Virus record (IMG/VR): IMGVR_UViG_3300047325_000072
Location: 31,559-95,558 of that record
Reading direction: 5' to 3' (one strand)
Length of the DNA: 64,000 bases
Source of the DNA: a virus
Shown here piece by piece: positions 9,249 to 18,602 of the stretch. Each line of letters begins with the position of its first letter. Positions within the stretch are counted from its first letter, which is position 1. The position numbers were made by a program, and so were the translations under genes. The notes under the pieces were generated by a model. It was given only the letters and a program-made list of their open reading frames with translations. It was not told the DNA's origin and did not search any database.

Positions 9249-10267
9249 GGTCCGATCCTGAAAGCTATGAATATGCCGCCGGAAGCGCCCGCTGTTCCGG
9301 GCGCTATCGCGCAGTTAGCGCCGCCGCCGCCGCCCGGCCAGATAGCTACCGGAGTCCCGGCGGCATTAGGCGGACTACCACCTTGCCCCCCGCGGGGTGC
9401 GCTTCCGCCCGCGGCAGCCTCGATACTCCCGTTAGAGTAAGCGCCGGTGCCGTTGCTGACATCCGTGCCGTTACCGCCCGCGATGCAAAGGCCGCCCATA
9501 GGTCCGCTGCCGGCGGCGCCCCCTTGCCCCGGCCCGGCGGCGCCCCCGAAGGCCCCTCCGGCCTGTAGAATGTTGCCCGTAACGCTCCCCGTAACGTTTA
9601 CCTCGCCGCCGTTACCGCCCGCGGCGGGGTAATATGCGCCCACACCGCCGCCGCCGTTTGTAAGAGTGAGAGTTTCGCCCGGAGCGACCGTTGCCCACCC
9701 ACCCTGATAGCCGCCGGCGCCGCCAGCGCCGCCAGCGCCGCCCCCGGAGATACCGCCGCTGCCGCCGCCGCCGCCGCCCCAACCCTCCATCCATGCCTGA
9801 TTACAAAAATCCGGAACGATTGCGGTCGATGTGCCAGGAGCCGAAACAACAACATATTGGAAACTACCCCATTGCAGCCAGTTCGCGCCGCCTGCGTCCG
9901 GGTTAGACAAATTGTTGTCTATGGTTGAAATCCAAAATAGACCAGAGCGCGTCGCGGACGGTACCATAGCGCCGCGCGGATAGCCCCCTATTGCGGTCGA
10001 AAAAGTCCCGTCGTAAGGGTAAATGCCGCCTGCCTGGAGCCAGCGTACCGCCAAAGTCACCATAAAAAGAATGCCGTTAGCGTCACTTCCCCAAGGGGGT
10101 ATACCCCCCGAGGCCACCGGCACAGAGTTTATAGGGCCGAAGCCCTCGGTAAAAGAGGCGTGCCCCTGGGGCTGCGGCGTGTCCGGGATCGGATTAGTTA
10201 TATTCCCGAACGGAGCACTATTCCCCCACGGGATCGAAAATTTCTGAGGAATACTAGAGTCTTGCAT
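9245..10267 (-). CDS. Tail fibre protein with glycine-rich C-terminal domain
   Basis: N-terminal ASFTEGFGP..GGIPPWGSDANGIL..FSTAIGGYPRGA is typical of this phage group's fibres; WGGGGGG glycine-rich domain. Confidence 0.85.
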   Translation of the reverse strand: MQDSSIPQKFSIPWGNSAPFGNITNPIPDTPQPQGHASFTEGFGPINSVPVASGGIPPWGSDANGILFMVTLAVRWLQAGGIYPYDGTFSTAIGGYPRGAMVPSATRSGLFWISTIDNNLSNPDAGGANWLQWGSFQYVVVSAPGTSTAIVPDFCNQAWMEGWGGGGGGSGGISGGGAGGAGGAGGYQGGWATVAPGETLTLTNGGGGVGAYYPAAGGNGGEVNVTGSVTGNILQAGGAFGGAAGPGQGGAAGSGPMGGLCIAGGNGTDVSNGTGAYSNGSIEAAAGGSAPRGGQGGSPPNAAGTPVAIWPGGGGGANCAIAPGTAGASGGIFIAFRIGP

Positions 10268-10268
10268 A

Positions 10269-10844
10269 TCACGTCACATATTGGACGGAGACTGAAACGC
10301 CAACCGGGCGCGGCAGCACGCCACTAGTCGCTACGATGGCAACCTCAAAAGGCGCTAATTGGTAATCGAATTTATAGATCATCGTCATGTCTAAATTGTC
10401 GATAACGTAAGCGTGACCGCGATCCGGGAAAAGAATATTAGTAAGGATGTAATTTATCGCCTGTATGGAGCCGTTGGTTATATTGGCGGCTGCCTTCGCA
10501 TAGATTAGCTGACGAAAGGCATCGTCCGTAAGCGAATAGTTCGAGGTTGTCGGCTCGCCCTCGTACCAAGGCGCGACCGTGAAAGAATCACCCGAGGCCG
10601 AGCCGGGAGATCCCTCAAAGCCGAGATATTCGTCGGCAGCCACCGTTAAGACACGGACGACACCAACAATCCGGCCCCAGACATCGAGGCCGTAACCTAC
10701 CGCGGTAGCAATGTTCCATATTGAATCGTAAAATACTTCAAAATTGGCATCTTGCTCTAACCAATCGTTAATAAAGCCAAGCAGCGCGGTCAAGTGCGCA
10801 CTGTCGGAATATTGTGAGATGACGGTTTGAGGAAAATTTTTCAA
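10269..10844 (-). CDS. Baseplate wedge protein (DUF2612-like)
   Basis: TVISQYSDS, TAVGYGLDVWGRIVGV, LPRPVGV. Confidence 0.88.
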   Translation of the reverse strand: MKNFPQTVISQYSDSAHLTALLGFINDWLEQDANFEVFYDSIWNIATAVGYGLDVWGRIVGVVRVLTVAADEYLGFEGSPGSASGDSFTVAPWYEGEPTTSNYSLTDDAFRQLIYAKAAANITNGSIQAINYILTNILFPDRGHAYVIDNLDMTMIYKFDYQLAPFEVAIVATSGVLPRPVGVSVSVQYVT

Positions 10845-12265
10845 TCTAGCGCCAAAAAGATTGTACCGTCCGAGACGGTTGGTAGTTGATCCAGGTTCAT
10901 TTGCACGTCGTCGAACATATTGACAGCGCTAAGCGTGCCCGGTGCTAATGTCTGAGAGCCGGAAACCAAGTATGTGCCTGTTAGACCCGTCCCGGAGATC
11001 AGCCCGGTTATCGTGGTGGGCGAGGCTAACCCCGACCCTCCGAGTAAAAGATCCCCGCGTCGAAGATTACCCGACGCAACGGATGTTACCGTCATCGTTG
11101 ACCCCGAGATATAGCCTACGATAGACGCCGTTATCGTCGTACCAACTTTAATTGAAATTATGTTGTGCGCCCATGCGCCGAGCGCCATGACCGGCCCGTA
11201 ATAGCGCGAGGCGTAGACAAGTGAACCGATCCGCGCGCGCGGGCCGCCGTCCGTCCCGGCAAAGGCGTTGATGACAACCGCCTGGACTTGAGTTAGCGCA
11301 GTTGACGGCACAGTGGGCGCATTGGTTATCGACACTAGCACATAGAAAGGAACCGAGGTTGGGCGATCAAAAGTTACCGGGTAGCTCGGGCCTAGCGTAC
11401 CGTAGCTCGGAGAGGGATCGTAAACTACGACGGTAGTATTGCCGGTGTAACCGCAGCCCGGTGCCTTACGAGTCCAAATTGCAAACGCCACCGAGGTGTC
11501 CGAGCCGCCCGCAACGCAGACGTAAAGTGAGCGCGGCTGAATTAAGACGCCCCCTACTATCAAAGGGCCTCCAGTGTAATTATCGTAAACAAAGGCGTCC
11601 AGCACGCCCGAAACGGTCAATACTGCGCCGAGCACAGACGGCAATGAGCCGATAGAGTTGACCGCGGTAGCGGCCGCGCGGCGTTGCTCAAAATCGGCCC
11701 GCGACTCTACATCGTTTCCCAAAGCGCCGTCGTCGGGGTTAGTTATCGTGTCCCAACCGAAGATCGCCTGAGTGATCTTGATAAGAGTGCCCGCGGAGCA
11801 AGGGATCGGGCCGGTTGCAATGTTTTCAAATTGACCCGTGCCGGTGCCGCTAGGCCCGATCGTTATGTCACCGTTAGCGAGGTAACTATTGCCCTCTGTG
11901 TCCGCTGCCAGCGTGCCGTTAGGAATCACTACATTAGGCAAGCCGGTTACAGTGACAGTGACAGCGGTTGGAAGCGCCGGGTTGCGTTCGATGAAGTAGA
12001 TGCGCCCGATAGCATCCTGCATGCGGCCGGACGAGGTAGCCGGATCAACGCCCGAAATAAACCAAAGGAAAGTGGCGTTGCTATCGCCGATTATGGCAGC
12101 CTCGGTAGAGGCTAGCTGCCCTTGAGGTGTGCTTAAACCAGGGTTGAGGTTCCCGCCAAAAGCATTATTTATGTCGGCAAAGACACCCGCTAAAATCGCG
12201 CTTTCCGGCGGCGCAACAAAGCCGTTATCCCCGAACTGCGGCGGCGGTACGCTAGTATCGGCCAT
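10841..12265 (-). CDS. Baseplate J-like protein
   Basis: STPQGQLA, GRMQDAIGRIYFIER, GNDVESRADFEQRR; carries an inserted Ser/Thr/Gly module near the C-terminus. Confidence 0.9.
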   Translation of the reverse strand: MADTSVPPPQFGDNGFVAPPESAILAGVFADINNAFGGNLNPGLSTPQGQLASTEAAIIGDSNATFLWFISGVDPATSSGRMQDAIGRIYFIERNPALPTAVTVTVTGLPNVVIPNGTLAADTEGNSYLANGDITIGPSGTGTGQFENIATGPIPCSAGTLIKITQAIFGWDTITNPDDGALGNDVESRADFEQRRAAATAVNSIGSLPSVLGAVLTVSGVLDAFVYDNYTGGPLIVGGVLIQPRSLYVCVAGGSDTSVAFAIWTRKAPGCGYTGNTTVVVYDPSPSYGTLGPSYPVTFDRPTSVPFYVLVSITNAPTVPSTALTQVQAVVINAFAGTDGGPRARIGSLVYASRYYGPVMALGAWAHNIISIKVGTTITASIVGYISGSTMTVTSVASGNLRRGDLLLGGSGLASPTTITGLISGTGLTGTYLVSGSQTLAPGTLSAVNMFDDVQMNLDQLPTVSDGTIFLALD

Positions 12266-12709
12266 TTAGGGGCTAAAGGCTCCGTCCGTAGCGCCCATAA
12301 CGTACCAAGGCGCGCCCCCGAAGAAGACATCAGATTGTACAGCCCCGACAAAATTGCCTAGATCATCAAATATTTGAAGTTGACCCCCAAGCTGGCGCGT
12401 GGCTTTATCCGGCCCCGTCAAATAGCAAGTTATTGACGTGACATCGGGCACTGTCTCGCCGGTCGTCACAAGCTGATATTTTATGTATTGAACCGGCGGG
12501 TTTTGGCCTAATATCTCGGCTCCCGATACGTTTGTACCGCGCAGCAAATAAGGAATCCCTTGAGACAGGTCATACCAAACTTCATCGCGGAAGGTACGAC
12601 AGGCTGAGGCTACGTCCTGTGCGATGGCATACTTCCCGGTTGCTAAGGCGATATTTCCGTTGACGACAGTCAAATCCCAGCTATCCAAGTCTAAAAGAAG
12701 GGTATTCAT
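12266..12709 (-). CDS. Baseplate wedge / sheath initiator (gp25-like)
   Basis: MNTLLLDLDSWDL..GNIA, AIAQDVASACRTF..EVWYD..GIPY; start moved to ATG 12709 (ATGA overlap). Confidence 0.8.
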   Translation of the reverse strand: MNTLLLDLDSWDLTVVNGNIALATGKYAIAQDVASACRTFRDEVWYDLSQGIPYLLRGTNVSGAEILGQNPPVQYIKYQLVTTGETVPDVTSITCYLTGPDKATRQLGGQLQIFDDLGNFVGAVQSDVFFGGAPWYVMGATDGAFSP

Positions 12710-13110
12710 CGAATAACCGTAGCCGTGTAAACGATGCAATAGGCCATAGCTGCCGAAAAGATAGCCCTAAGACCTAATTCCCAACCGATACGCACGATAA
12801 GGTAGCTTTGCGAAAGGAACAAGCAAGGAACCAAGTGAAGGTAGGCCCCGGCCATCAACAAGAATAAACCAAAATAAGAGGTATCGATCTGGCTTGCGGA
12901 AAAGAGCACGTTTACCACAGCGTTGATAAAAATTATCGAGATACCTAATCCAGCGATGGTTATTCCTAATACTAGATATCCCATATTGTAGTCGTTTTGA
13001 CGCAAGATACGGGGAGACCAAATGGCATAACGAACCGTAACCTCTAGTATGACTAGAATTATCATGATCCTGATTATCGTGGGATAGAATTCACCCGCGA
13101 ACATCTTCAC
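12706..13110 (-). CDS. Membrane protein (about 4 TM)
   Basis: Several hydrophobic helices; AT-rich; GTG start coupled to the upstream stop. Confidence 0.65.
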   Translation of the reverse strand: MKMFAGEFYPTIIRIMIILVILEVTVRYAIWSPRILRQNDYNMGYLVLGITIAGLGISIIFINAVVNVLFSASQIDTSYFGLFLLMAGAYLHLVPCLFLSQSYLIVRIGWELGLRAIFSAAMAYCIVYTATVIR

Positions 13111-13265
13111 CGGAGGTTAGCCCCCAAACGGTTAAAGGCTTCAACCAACTTTTTTGCTTCTTTCTCTAATCGTCGCGCTGAAACGACAGTCCTAACTACA
13201 TCCTCGATAGGGGGTTGAGCGGATAAATTTCCGATACCGAAAGCCCCGCATAGTATCTTCATCAT
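13107..13265 (-). CDS. Small hypothetical protein (52 aa, not in ORF track)
   Basis: MMKILCGAFGIGNLSAQPPIEDVVRTVVSARRLEKEAKKLVEAFNRLGANLR fills the gap with coupled start and stop. Confidence 0.5.
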   Translation of the reverse strand: MMKILCGAFGIGNLSAQPPIEDVVRTVVSARRLEKEAKKLVEAFNRLGANLR

Positions 13266-13267
13266 TT

Positions 13268-13516
13268 TCATAATTCCCGTCTCGCCGCGAGAGCACTCAA
13301 GAAGCCCCGCATCTCGGATAGCGAGAGCGCCAACGATTCAAACGCTTGTATCCGCGCATGGGCATCCGCAGAAAACTCGGCACGTTCCTTTTCACGCGCT
13401 TCGTTTATACGATAATTAACCCAAACCAAATAAAAAGCGATCATCCAGCCTATGATCGTAAGGCCGCCGCATTGGGAAAAAACCGCATCTGCGATCCTGT
13501 TTACAACTTCTAGCAT
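13268..13516 (-). CDS. Holin-like single-TM protein
   Basis: One TM followed by a charged coiled coil; TAATG coupling to the spike gene. Confidence 0.5.
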   Translation of the reverse strand: MLEVVNRIADAVFSQCGGLTIIGWMIAFYLVWVNYRINEAREKERAEFSADAHARIQAFESLALSLSEMRGFLSALAARREL

Positions 13517-14178
13517 TACGGGTTTTGGGGTTGCCCTACAACGCCGCCCTGTGGGTCCTCGTGAATATGCCGCGCGATATCGACATTATTGTAATTCAAA
13601 ATCTTGTCGGTAAAAGACGCCTGCGCGGTGGTAAACTTTATCCCATTGGAATTCATATCGATCTTGTTACCGTTCTTATCAGCAATTGAAATACCACCTT
13701 CGGTAAAAGTAATATACTGTGAAGGGTTAGCCCCTCCATTGACGACGCCCAGGAAGATACCGTCCTCGTATGCACCCCGACGGCGTGAACCGGGATTAGC
13801 CTGCCCCCCGGTCGATTTTACCGAGGAAATATCCTCATGGGCAATAAAGATCATCCCAATGTCACCGATAACGGGATCATTGATCACTGCATTCGCGCCG
13901 CCCTGATAGCGGGTATAGGGAAGCTGAAAAACATTGCCGTGCGGCACAGCGTTTCCCGAGCCGTCGAGTTGATTTACTAGCGGCAACACGTCCACATAGC
14001 CCACAGCGCCGGTAGCGCCGGTCGCTATATTTTGATCCTGTGCGTCATACGGCGCACGCACTATCTTGGCAAGCGTCATCACGCCGCGTCGATTCATCAC
14101 GCGTTCAGTAACGAATTCTAAAGCGGAGGGATCGCTGGTTTCCGAAAAAGAGTCGGCGGCGCCGGTTTGATCAGCCAT
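13516..14178 (-). CDS. Baseplate central spike / membrane-puncturing protein (gp138-like)
   Basis: GYVDVLPLVNQLDG, LPYTRYQGGANAVINDPVIGDIG, PGSRRR, C-terminal HIH iron-binding motif. Confidence 0.88.
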   Translation of the reverse strand: MADQTGAADSFSETSDPSALEFVTERVMNRRGVMTLAKIVRAPYDAQDQNIATGATGAVGYVDVLPLVNQLDGSGNAVPHGNVFQLPYTRYQGGANAVINDPVIGDIGMIFIAHEDISSVKSTGGQANPGSRRRGAYEDGIFLGVVNGGANPSQYITFTEGGISIADKNGNKIDMNSNGIKFTTAQASFTDKILNYNNVDIARHIHEDPQGGVVGQPQNP

Positions 14179-14183
14179 GTTCT

Positions 14184-14783
14184 TTAAGGGAGAAACGCCC
14201 AATATTGCAGCAAGAAACGCGTGCCCAGCCCTGGGATTATACCGGCGATAGCTGTGGGAGAACGTCCCTCCAGGTAAAGCGGATAAGCCCGCTGCTCGTC
14301 GTTACGCAGGTCTAGCGGCGGTAAGACGGTCGGCACGCCCTGCGCGTCCTCGCTAAGCTGAGTGTCGGTGAGTATAAGGTCGCCGATGAAAGCGCTGTAC
14401 GGGGCGCGGATAATCGGAACGTTGTTCAGGCAAATACAACCGCCCGCCACCAAAGCGGTGCCCAGGTAGAGATCCAGAAACACCGGGTTTATGTTGCGAT
14501 ATGTCGGGGGCGCTGTAGGGATCGATCCCGGAGGGGTTATCGGTACGTTTATCGATTTGGTATAAATTCGGATCGTACAAACCTGCCCTCCGAGCGTAAC
14601 ATTGATTGTTTGACGCGGTGCGGTTGTCAGCGGAATGATGAAGGGAGCCGGGACAAAGAAGCTGCCGTCCGGGTTGAAAACGAATATTACCGGCAGCCCC
14701 GGCATAGGCGCACTGGTCGCAAGTTGAATGCTGCCGTCCCGCGCGACTTCTATAGTCCGGAAAGTTGGCGAGGTAGAGGTCAT
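14184..14783 (-). CDS. Baseplate protein
   Basis: IPLTTAPRQTINVTLGGQVCTIRI, FIGDLILTDTQ, GLGTRFLLQY. Confidence 0.75.
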   Translation of the reverse strand: MTSTSPTFRTIEVARDGSIQLATSAPMPGLPVIFVFNPDGSFFVPAPFIIPLTTAPRQTINVTLGGQVCTIRIYTKSINVPITPPGSIPTAPPTYRNINPVFLDLYLGTALVAGGCICLNNVPIIRAPYSAFIGDLILTDTQLSEDAQGVPTVLPPLDLRNDEQRAYPLYLEGRSPTAIAGIIPGLGTRFLLQYWAFLP

Positions 14784-15613
14784 ATGGGCGGCGGAGTCAA
14801 CGGAGACTCGGGATAAGTCACTGTGACATTACCGCTGGTCGGATCGGGTGGGCTTACATTGGCAGCGGGAGGATCGTCCGGGAAGGCGGCTTGATGATCG
14901 ATGATGATCTGTTGCTGTTCGGGGGTTAGAGCGTTCAGCGGATTTCCGTTATCGATCGGATTTCCTTTATCGTCAAAGATGGTTAAATTTTCAAAACCAA
15001 CATCATTATTAACTGTGGTCGGGCTTGGTGATCCGGTTGCGTAGTTATTACCCCCGTTATTAGTGCCCCCGTTGCTGTCTCCCTGACCGCTAGCCGGCGC
15101 GGCCTGTACGTTACCGGATTGTGTCGAGTCTGCCCCGTTGGGGCTAGCGGTATCCTGCCCGGTTGGATTAGACGCGGTTGCCTGCGCGGTATTCGCAACA
15201 ACGCGAACTTCCTGGCACCACACATTAACGATTATGAGGGTCTTACCCTGGCTTGCCGTCCGACGATAATCGTAGTGGACAAGATTAGCTGAGGGATAGC
15301 GTATCTCCGGCGTTACTACCGTAACAAGATTGAGCGACGCAATCGCCTGCTCAATACTATTGAGAAACGCCTCGCGCGAAGCCGCAATAATGAAGCTGAG
15401 TTTCGCGATGAAAGGAACCTGAACCTTGTTATAGGACTGAAAGGCACCTTGCTCCTGGGGATAATCCGAAATCTGATAGTCGCGCGCGTAATCGACCGTG
15501 CTTACCGAGTCTGATTGTAAAATCGTATTTCCATTTTCGTCGTAGATTCCCCACTGCGGCGCCCCGAAGGCCCGCGTGACCGAGAGCGCATCGGCAAGTA
15601 GCAGGGCCGCCAC
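14780..15613 (-). CDS. Baseplate / tail-tube initiator protein (Dit-like) with low-complexity C-terminal extension
   Basis: PQWGIYD, ISDYPQEQGAFQSYNKVQVP, VVTPEIRYPS, YDYRRTA. Confidence 0.8.
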   Translation of the reverse strand: MAALLLADALSVTRAFGAPQWGIYDENGNTILQSDSVSTVDYARDYQISDYPQEQGAFQSYNKVQVPFIAKLSFIIAASREAFLNSIEQAIASLNLVTVVTPEIRYPSANLVHYDYRRTASQGKTLIIVNVWCQEVRVVANTAQATASNPTGQDTASPNGADSTQSGNVQAAPASGQGDSNGGTNNGGNNYATGSPSPTTVNNDVGFENLTIFDDKGNPIDNGNPLNALTPEQQQIIIDHQAAFPDDPPAANVSPPDPTSGNVTVTYPESPLTPPPI

Positions 15614-17656
15614 CTACTCGACGCCTGTGTTCGTGCTATAGACATTGGCACGGATGGCGTTAGCTACTGCACCCCCGATCGCCAGGCCATCCGATCCAGG
15701 GGGAACTGTGACATTAATTCCGCCATGAAAATCAAGATCATTGTGAGTATTGCCAATTGTTGAGCCAGGAACAATAGGGTTACTATAAGATTCGTTAATA
15801 CTCATTTTAGAATCATTATAGGTTTGAAGTGCTGGCCCATTTGGACCGATTGATCCTTCAGGGCCTTCAGCGCCGCGCGTTTTTCCGCTGTCGCCTCTCT
15901 CCCTTGCTAGCGCAGCGCTATAACCCGCGGAACGAGCGGTATCCCATTGTCGAGTGGCTCGCATTGCGGCCATCGCGGCATCAATATTTCCACCTTTTAG
16001 ATCTGTTAGAAGGTCTCGGCCCGTCTGCCTTTTATAGGCAACTACAGCATTATTCCAACCAACCCGGTCCTGATTTTCAGGGGTAAAAGGCGTATCTAGT
16101 GGCAATCCCATTGCTCGGAGATTGGATCTCCAAGTAGAGGAAAGCATTTGATAGCGTCCAGCCGCATCACTAGGCCCTTCTGGCCCCGATTCGTGTATAT
16201 TTGGATGCCGGCTAAAATCCGAAAAGGTTTTTCCAGGCCAACGGGCGTTATAGGAACCATGCGACTCCGGTCCCGCGATCGTATCTAAAAACGCGCGTGC
16301 CTCCAGCGGTAAAGATCTATTAGCTGTTGTATTAGAGCTTACAGGCCCCGAGCCTGTAGCATTTTCGGGAATTGGGGCCACCACTCTACCATTCCACCTA
16401 TCCTTAATGCGCCGCCAAAAGCTACGGTTATCGGGGATAGCGAATGCTGGCCCCTCTGGACCGATTGATCCTTCAGGGTCTTCAGCGCCGCGCGTTCCTG
16501 GATCCATTCCAGTCATCCATTGGATAAGTCTAATAAGCCAACCAAAGGATTTTCCCATCGGCGGCGGCCCGGTCCTGGGTGGTGGTTTTCCGGGAGTAAT
16601 TCCAGAGAGCAATTGAGCAATCGCCATCCAGCGGTCATAGTAGTTTGTGATTGATGATATGATTTCAGTAAGCGCGTCTACAAATTGAATTATCCAAGGG
16701 TTTCCCGCAATCAATGTTTCAGTAAGACCCTTTATAGCTTCTTCAAATCGATTGATGGACTGTTGAAGAAGCTCTAACTGCTTTAGATCCGTGTCTTTCG
16801 CCGCATATGATCCCGCCCGCTGCATTTCGCTTGCGATCGCAGTACCACCTTTAGAAAGACCCGGCGCTAGCTCTCCAAAACCAATCAATCCAGCTAATTT
16901 GTAGGCTGCCGCGCCGTCCGCTCCCTCCTTTTGCATGGCGTTAGGAAGAGTTTCGGTTAAAAATTTCTCGATAGAGAAATTTTTATCCAGGAAATTAACA
17001 TGAAGCTGCTGCGCTGCCAGACTGATCTCATCGGGAACTTGGCCGGTAAGCCGGTATTCCGCGATATTACCCGCCGCCTGCATAAGGGCGCCTTGCGTGG
17101 CAGCGGGATCGACATTTCCAAGAACTTTCATCGCAGCTTGGAAACGGTTTAACCATCCCGCGTTGACGTTCGCGGCATAGGCTGCGCGATTAGTCTGAGC
17201 GCCCGCAGCGGATTCGGCGCCGAGTGCCTTTAGACCGCCTTGCAAAGCCTTGATCGCGCCGAACGCCAAAAGAGCTTTGGCCCCGAGTTCGGTTATAGCC
17301 GAAACAGCCGGATCGAAATTCCGCGCCATTGAGAAGCCTGTGCGGCGCGTTTCGTCGGCGAGGTTACGATGGACCTGGCTTAATTTCGGCTGTAGCCGGG
17401 CGTAGGAGGCCGCTAGATCGTCGTTAGCTTGGGTAAGGCTTACCCGGCGCGTAGTTGCGTATTGCTGCGCCTCGCGGCGCGCCTGCGCGATAAAGGCCGC
17501 CTCTGCCGCTGCGGCCTGTTGTAAGCGCCCGTAGTTGTCGGCTCCCTGCTCCGCAAGCTTTTGGAGAGATGCGCGCGACTGATCAAGCGCGTCCTTGACT
17601 TGGCTCGCGCCCTGAATCTGTAATTCAATGATCAGGGAGTCGATAAGAGTGGGCAG
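15614..17656 (-). CDS. Tape measure protein with lambda-R-like (GH104) lytic transglycosylase domain; probable CTG start
   Basis: Frame is open 109 codons upstream of ATG 17329, reading (CTG)PTLIDSLIIELQIQG; Ala-rich helical body; ARAFLDTIAGPES..FSDFSRHP..SDAAGRYQ..FTPENQD lysozyme motifs. Confidence 0.85.
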   Translation of the reverse strand: MPTLIDSLIIELQIQGASQVKDALDQSRASLQKLAEQGADNYGRLQQAAAAEAAFIAQARREAQQYATTRRVSLTQANDDLAASYARLQPKLSQVHRNLADETRRTGFSMARNFDPAVSAITELGAKALLAFGAIKALQGGLKALGAESAAGAQTNRAAYAANVNAGWLNRFQAAMKVLGNVDPAATQGALMQAAGNIAEYRLTGQVPDEISLAAQQLHVNFLDKNFSIEKFLTETLPNAMQKEGADGAAAYKLAGLIGFGELAPGLSKGGTAIASEMQRAGSYAAKDTDLKQLELLQQSINRFEEAIKGLTETLIAGNPWIIQFVDALTEIISSITNYYDRWMAIAQLLSGITPGKPPPRTGPPPMGKSFGWLIRLIQWMTGMDPGTRGAEDPEGSIGPEGPAFAIPDNRSFWRRIKDRWNGRVVAPIPENATGSGPVSSNTTANRSLPLEARAFLDTIAGPESHGSYNARWPGKTFSDFSRHPNIHESGPEGPSDAAGRYQMLSSTWRSNLRAMGLPLDTPFTPENQDRVGWNNAVVAYKRQTGRDLLTDLKGGNIDAAMAAMRATRQWDTARSAGYSAALARERGDSGKTRGAEGPEGSIGPNGPALQTYNDSKMSINESYSNPIVPGSTIGNTHNDLDFHGGINVTVPPGSDGLAIGGAVANAIRANVYSTNTGVE
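15830..16496. repeat. 52-bp direct repeat pair (15830-15881, 16445-16496) flanking the lysozyme domain
   Basis: tgctggccc(a/c)t(t/c)tggaccgattgatccttcaggg(c/t)cttcagcgccgcgcgtt, 3 mismatches, 615 bp apart. Confidence 0.95.
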
Positions 17657-17657
17657 A

Positions 17658-18602
17658 CTAACCCCCCTGACCCGACCCGATGGCAGCGGCAGTTAGTGCC
17701 AGTTCCCAAGGTCCGCCAGGGGTTTCGCTCGAAAGCGAAAGATCGATGCGGCTCGGGGTCCACTTGCCGTTAGCCGCGGCAAGTGGGATCGTCGGCGTCA
17801 AGTTAGCCTTGACCGTGACATTCGTGCCCACAGAGACAGCCGCGAGTCCCGGATCAAAGCGCGTCCTTACTCGCATCTGGTTCTTGGAAAAGGTTGGATA
17901 AGCGATCATACCAGTCGCGGCAGAAATCTCCAAATTAGCAGTAGAAGTGCGCGCTCCCGGCTTAGGCCAGACAGCCAGGACGCCCTTGGTCGTGTCAAGA
18001 TAGCCATAAATGTTGGCTGCTTTCAAAAGACGAATAACCTGTGACCAGGGCGAGCCTTGGAGGTAAGGATTAGAAAGCTGAACCTTTACGCCATTATTCT
18101 CCAAAGTTAATCCGAAGGGTTTTATAACTTGTTGCAACGCGGTCGCCGCATCCGTACCACCCTTAAAAGATAAGGGAGCAACTGAGGCCATTTGAATGTT
18201 ATAACCGTCCACTGAATACACGTGAAACGAAACATTTGGCTGCTGGGAAAAATTCGGCTCGGCCGCTAAGATGATACCCTTATGAACGATTACCATCCCG
18301 GTCTGATCATCTCCGGCATGGATTTCAATCGTGTTTTGCGGTCTCGTATCCCACAATAGCCCGGCATAAGAGAGTTGATTGATGTGGCTCGGCGTAAGCC
18401 CATAGATGACTGTATTCGCCGTGCCACCGGCAACCGGAGACGGAATCTTGGATATCTGCGTTGCGACGCGCAGACCGGCCAGACCGAGTTGGGAATTACC
18501 GCCCGAGTTCACGCTGGCCGTATCGAAAGAGCCATTAGCCAGCGTGAATATAACGTCTATCTTGCGCCGAGCATAAGGTGCTGTGGCAGAATTAGTTTGC
18601 AT
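17658..18602 (-). CDS. Baseplate hub protein
   Basis: RRKIDVIFTL, GLRVATQI, IEIHAGD, ENNGVKVQLSNPYLQGS, ISAATGMIAYP, LSSETPGGPW. Confidence 0.82.
   Translation of the reverse strand: MQTNSATAPYARRKIDVIFTLANGSFDTASVNSGGNSQLGLAGLRVATQISKIPSPVAGGTANTVIYGLTPSHINQLSYAGLLWDTRPQNTIEIHAGDDQTGMVIVHKGIILAAEPNFSQQPNVSFHVYSVDGYNIQMASVAPLSFKGGTDAATALQQVIKPFGLTLENNGVKVQLSNPYLQGSPWSQVIRLLKAANIYGYLDTTKGVLAVWPKPGARTSTANLEISAATGMIAYPTFSKNQMRVRTRFDPGLAAVSVGTNVTVKANLTPTIPLAAANGKWTPSRIDLSLSSETPGGPWELALTAAAIGSGQGG

Noticed and set aside
15830-16496. Diversity-generating retroelement TR/VR pair
   Set aside because: Only 52 bp with 3 mismatches; no reverse transcriptase in the window
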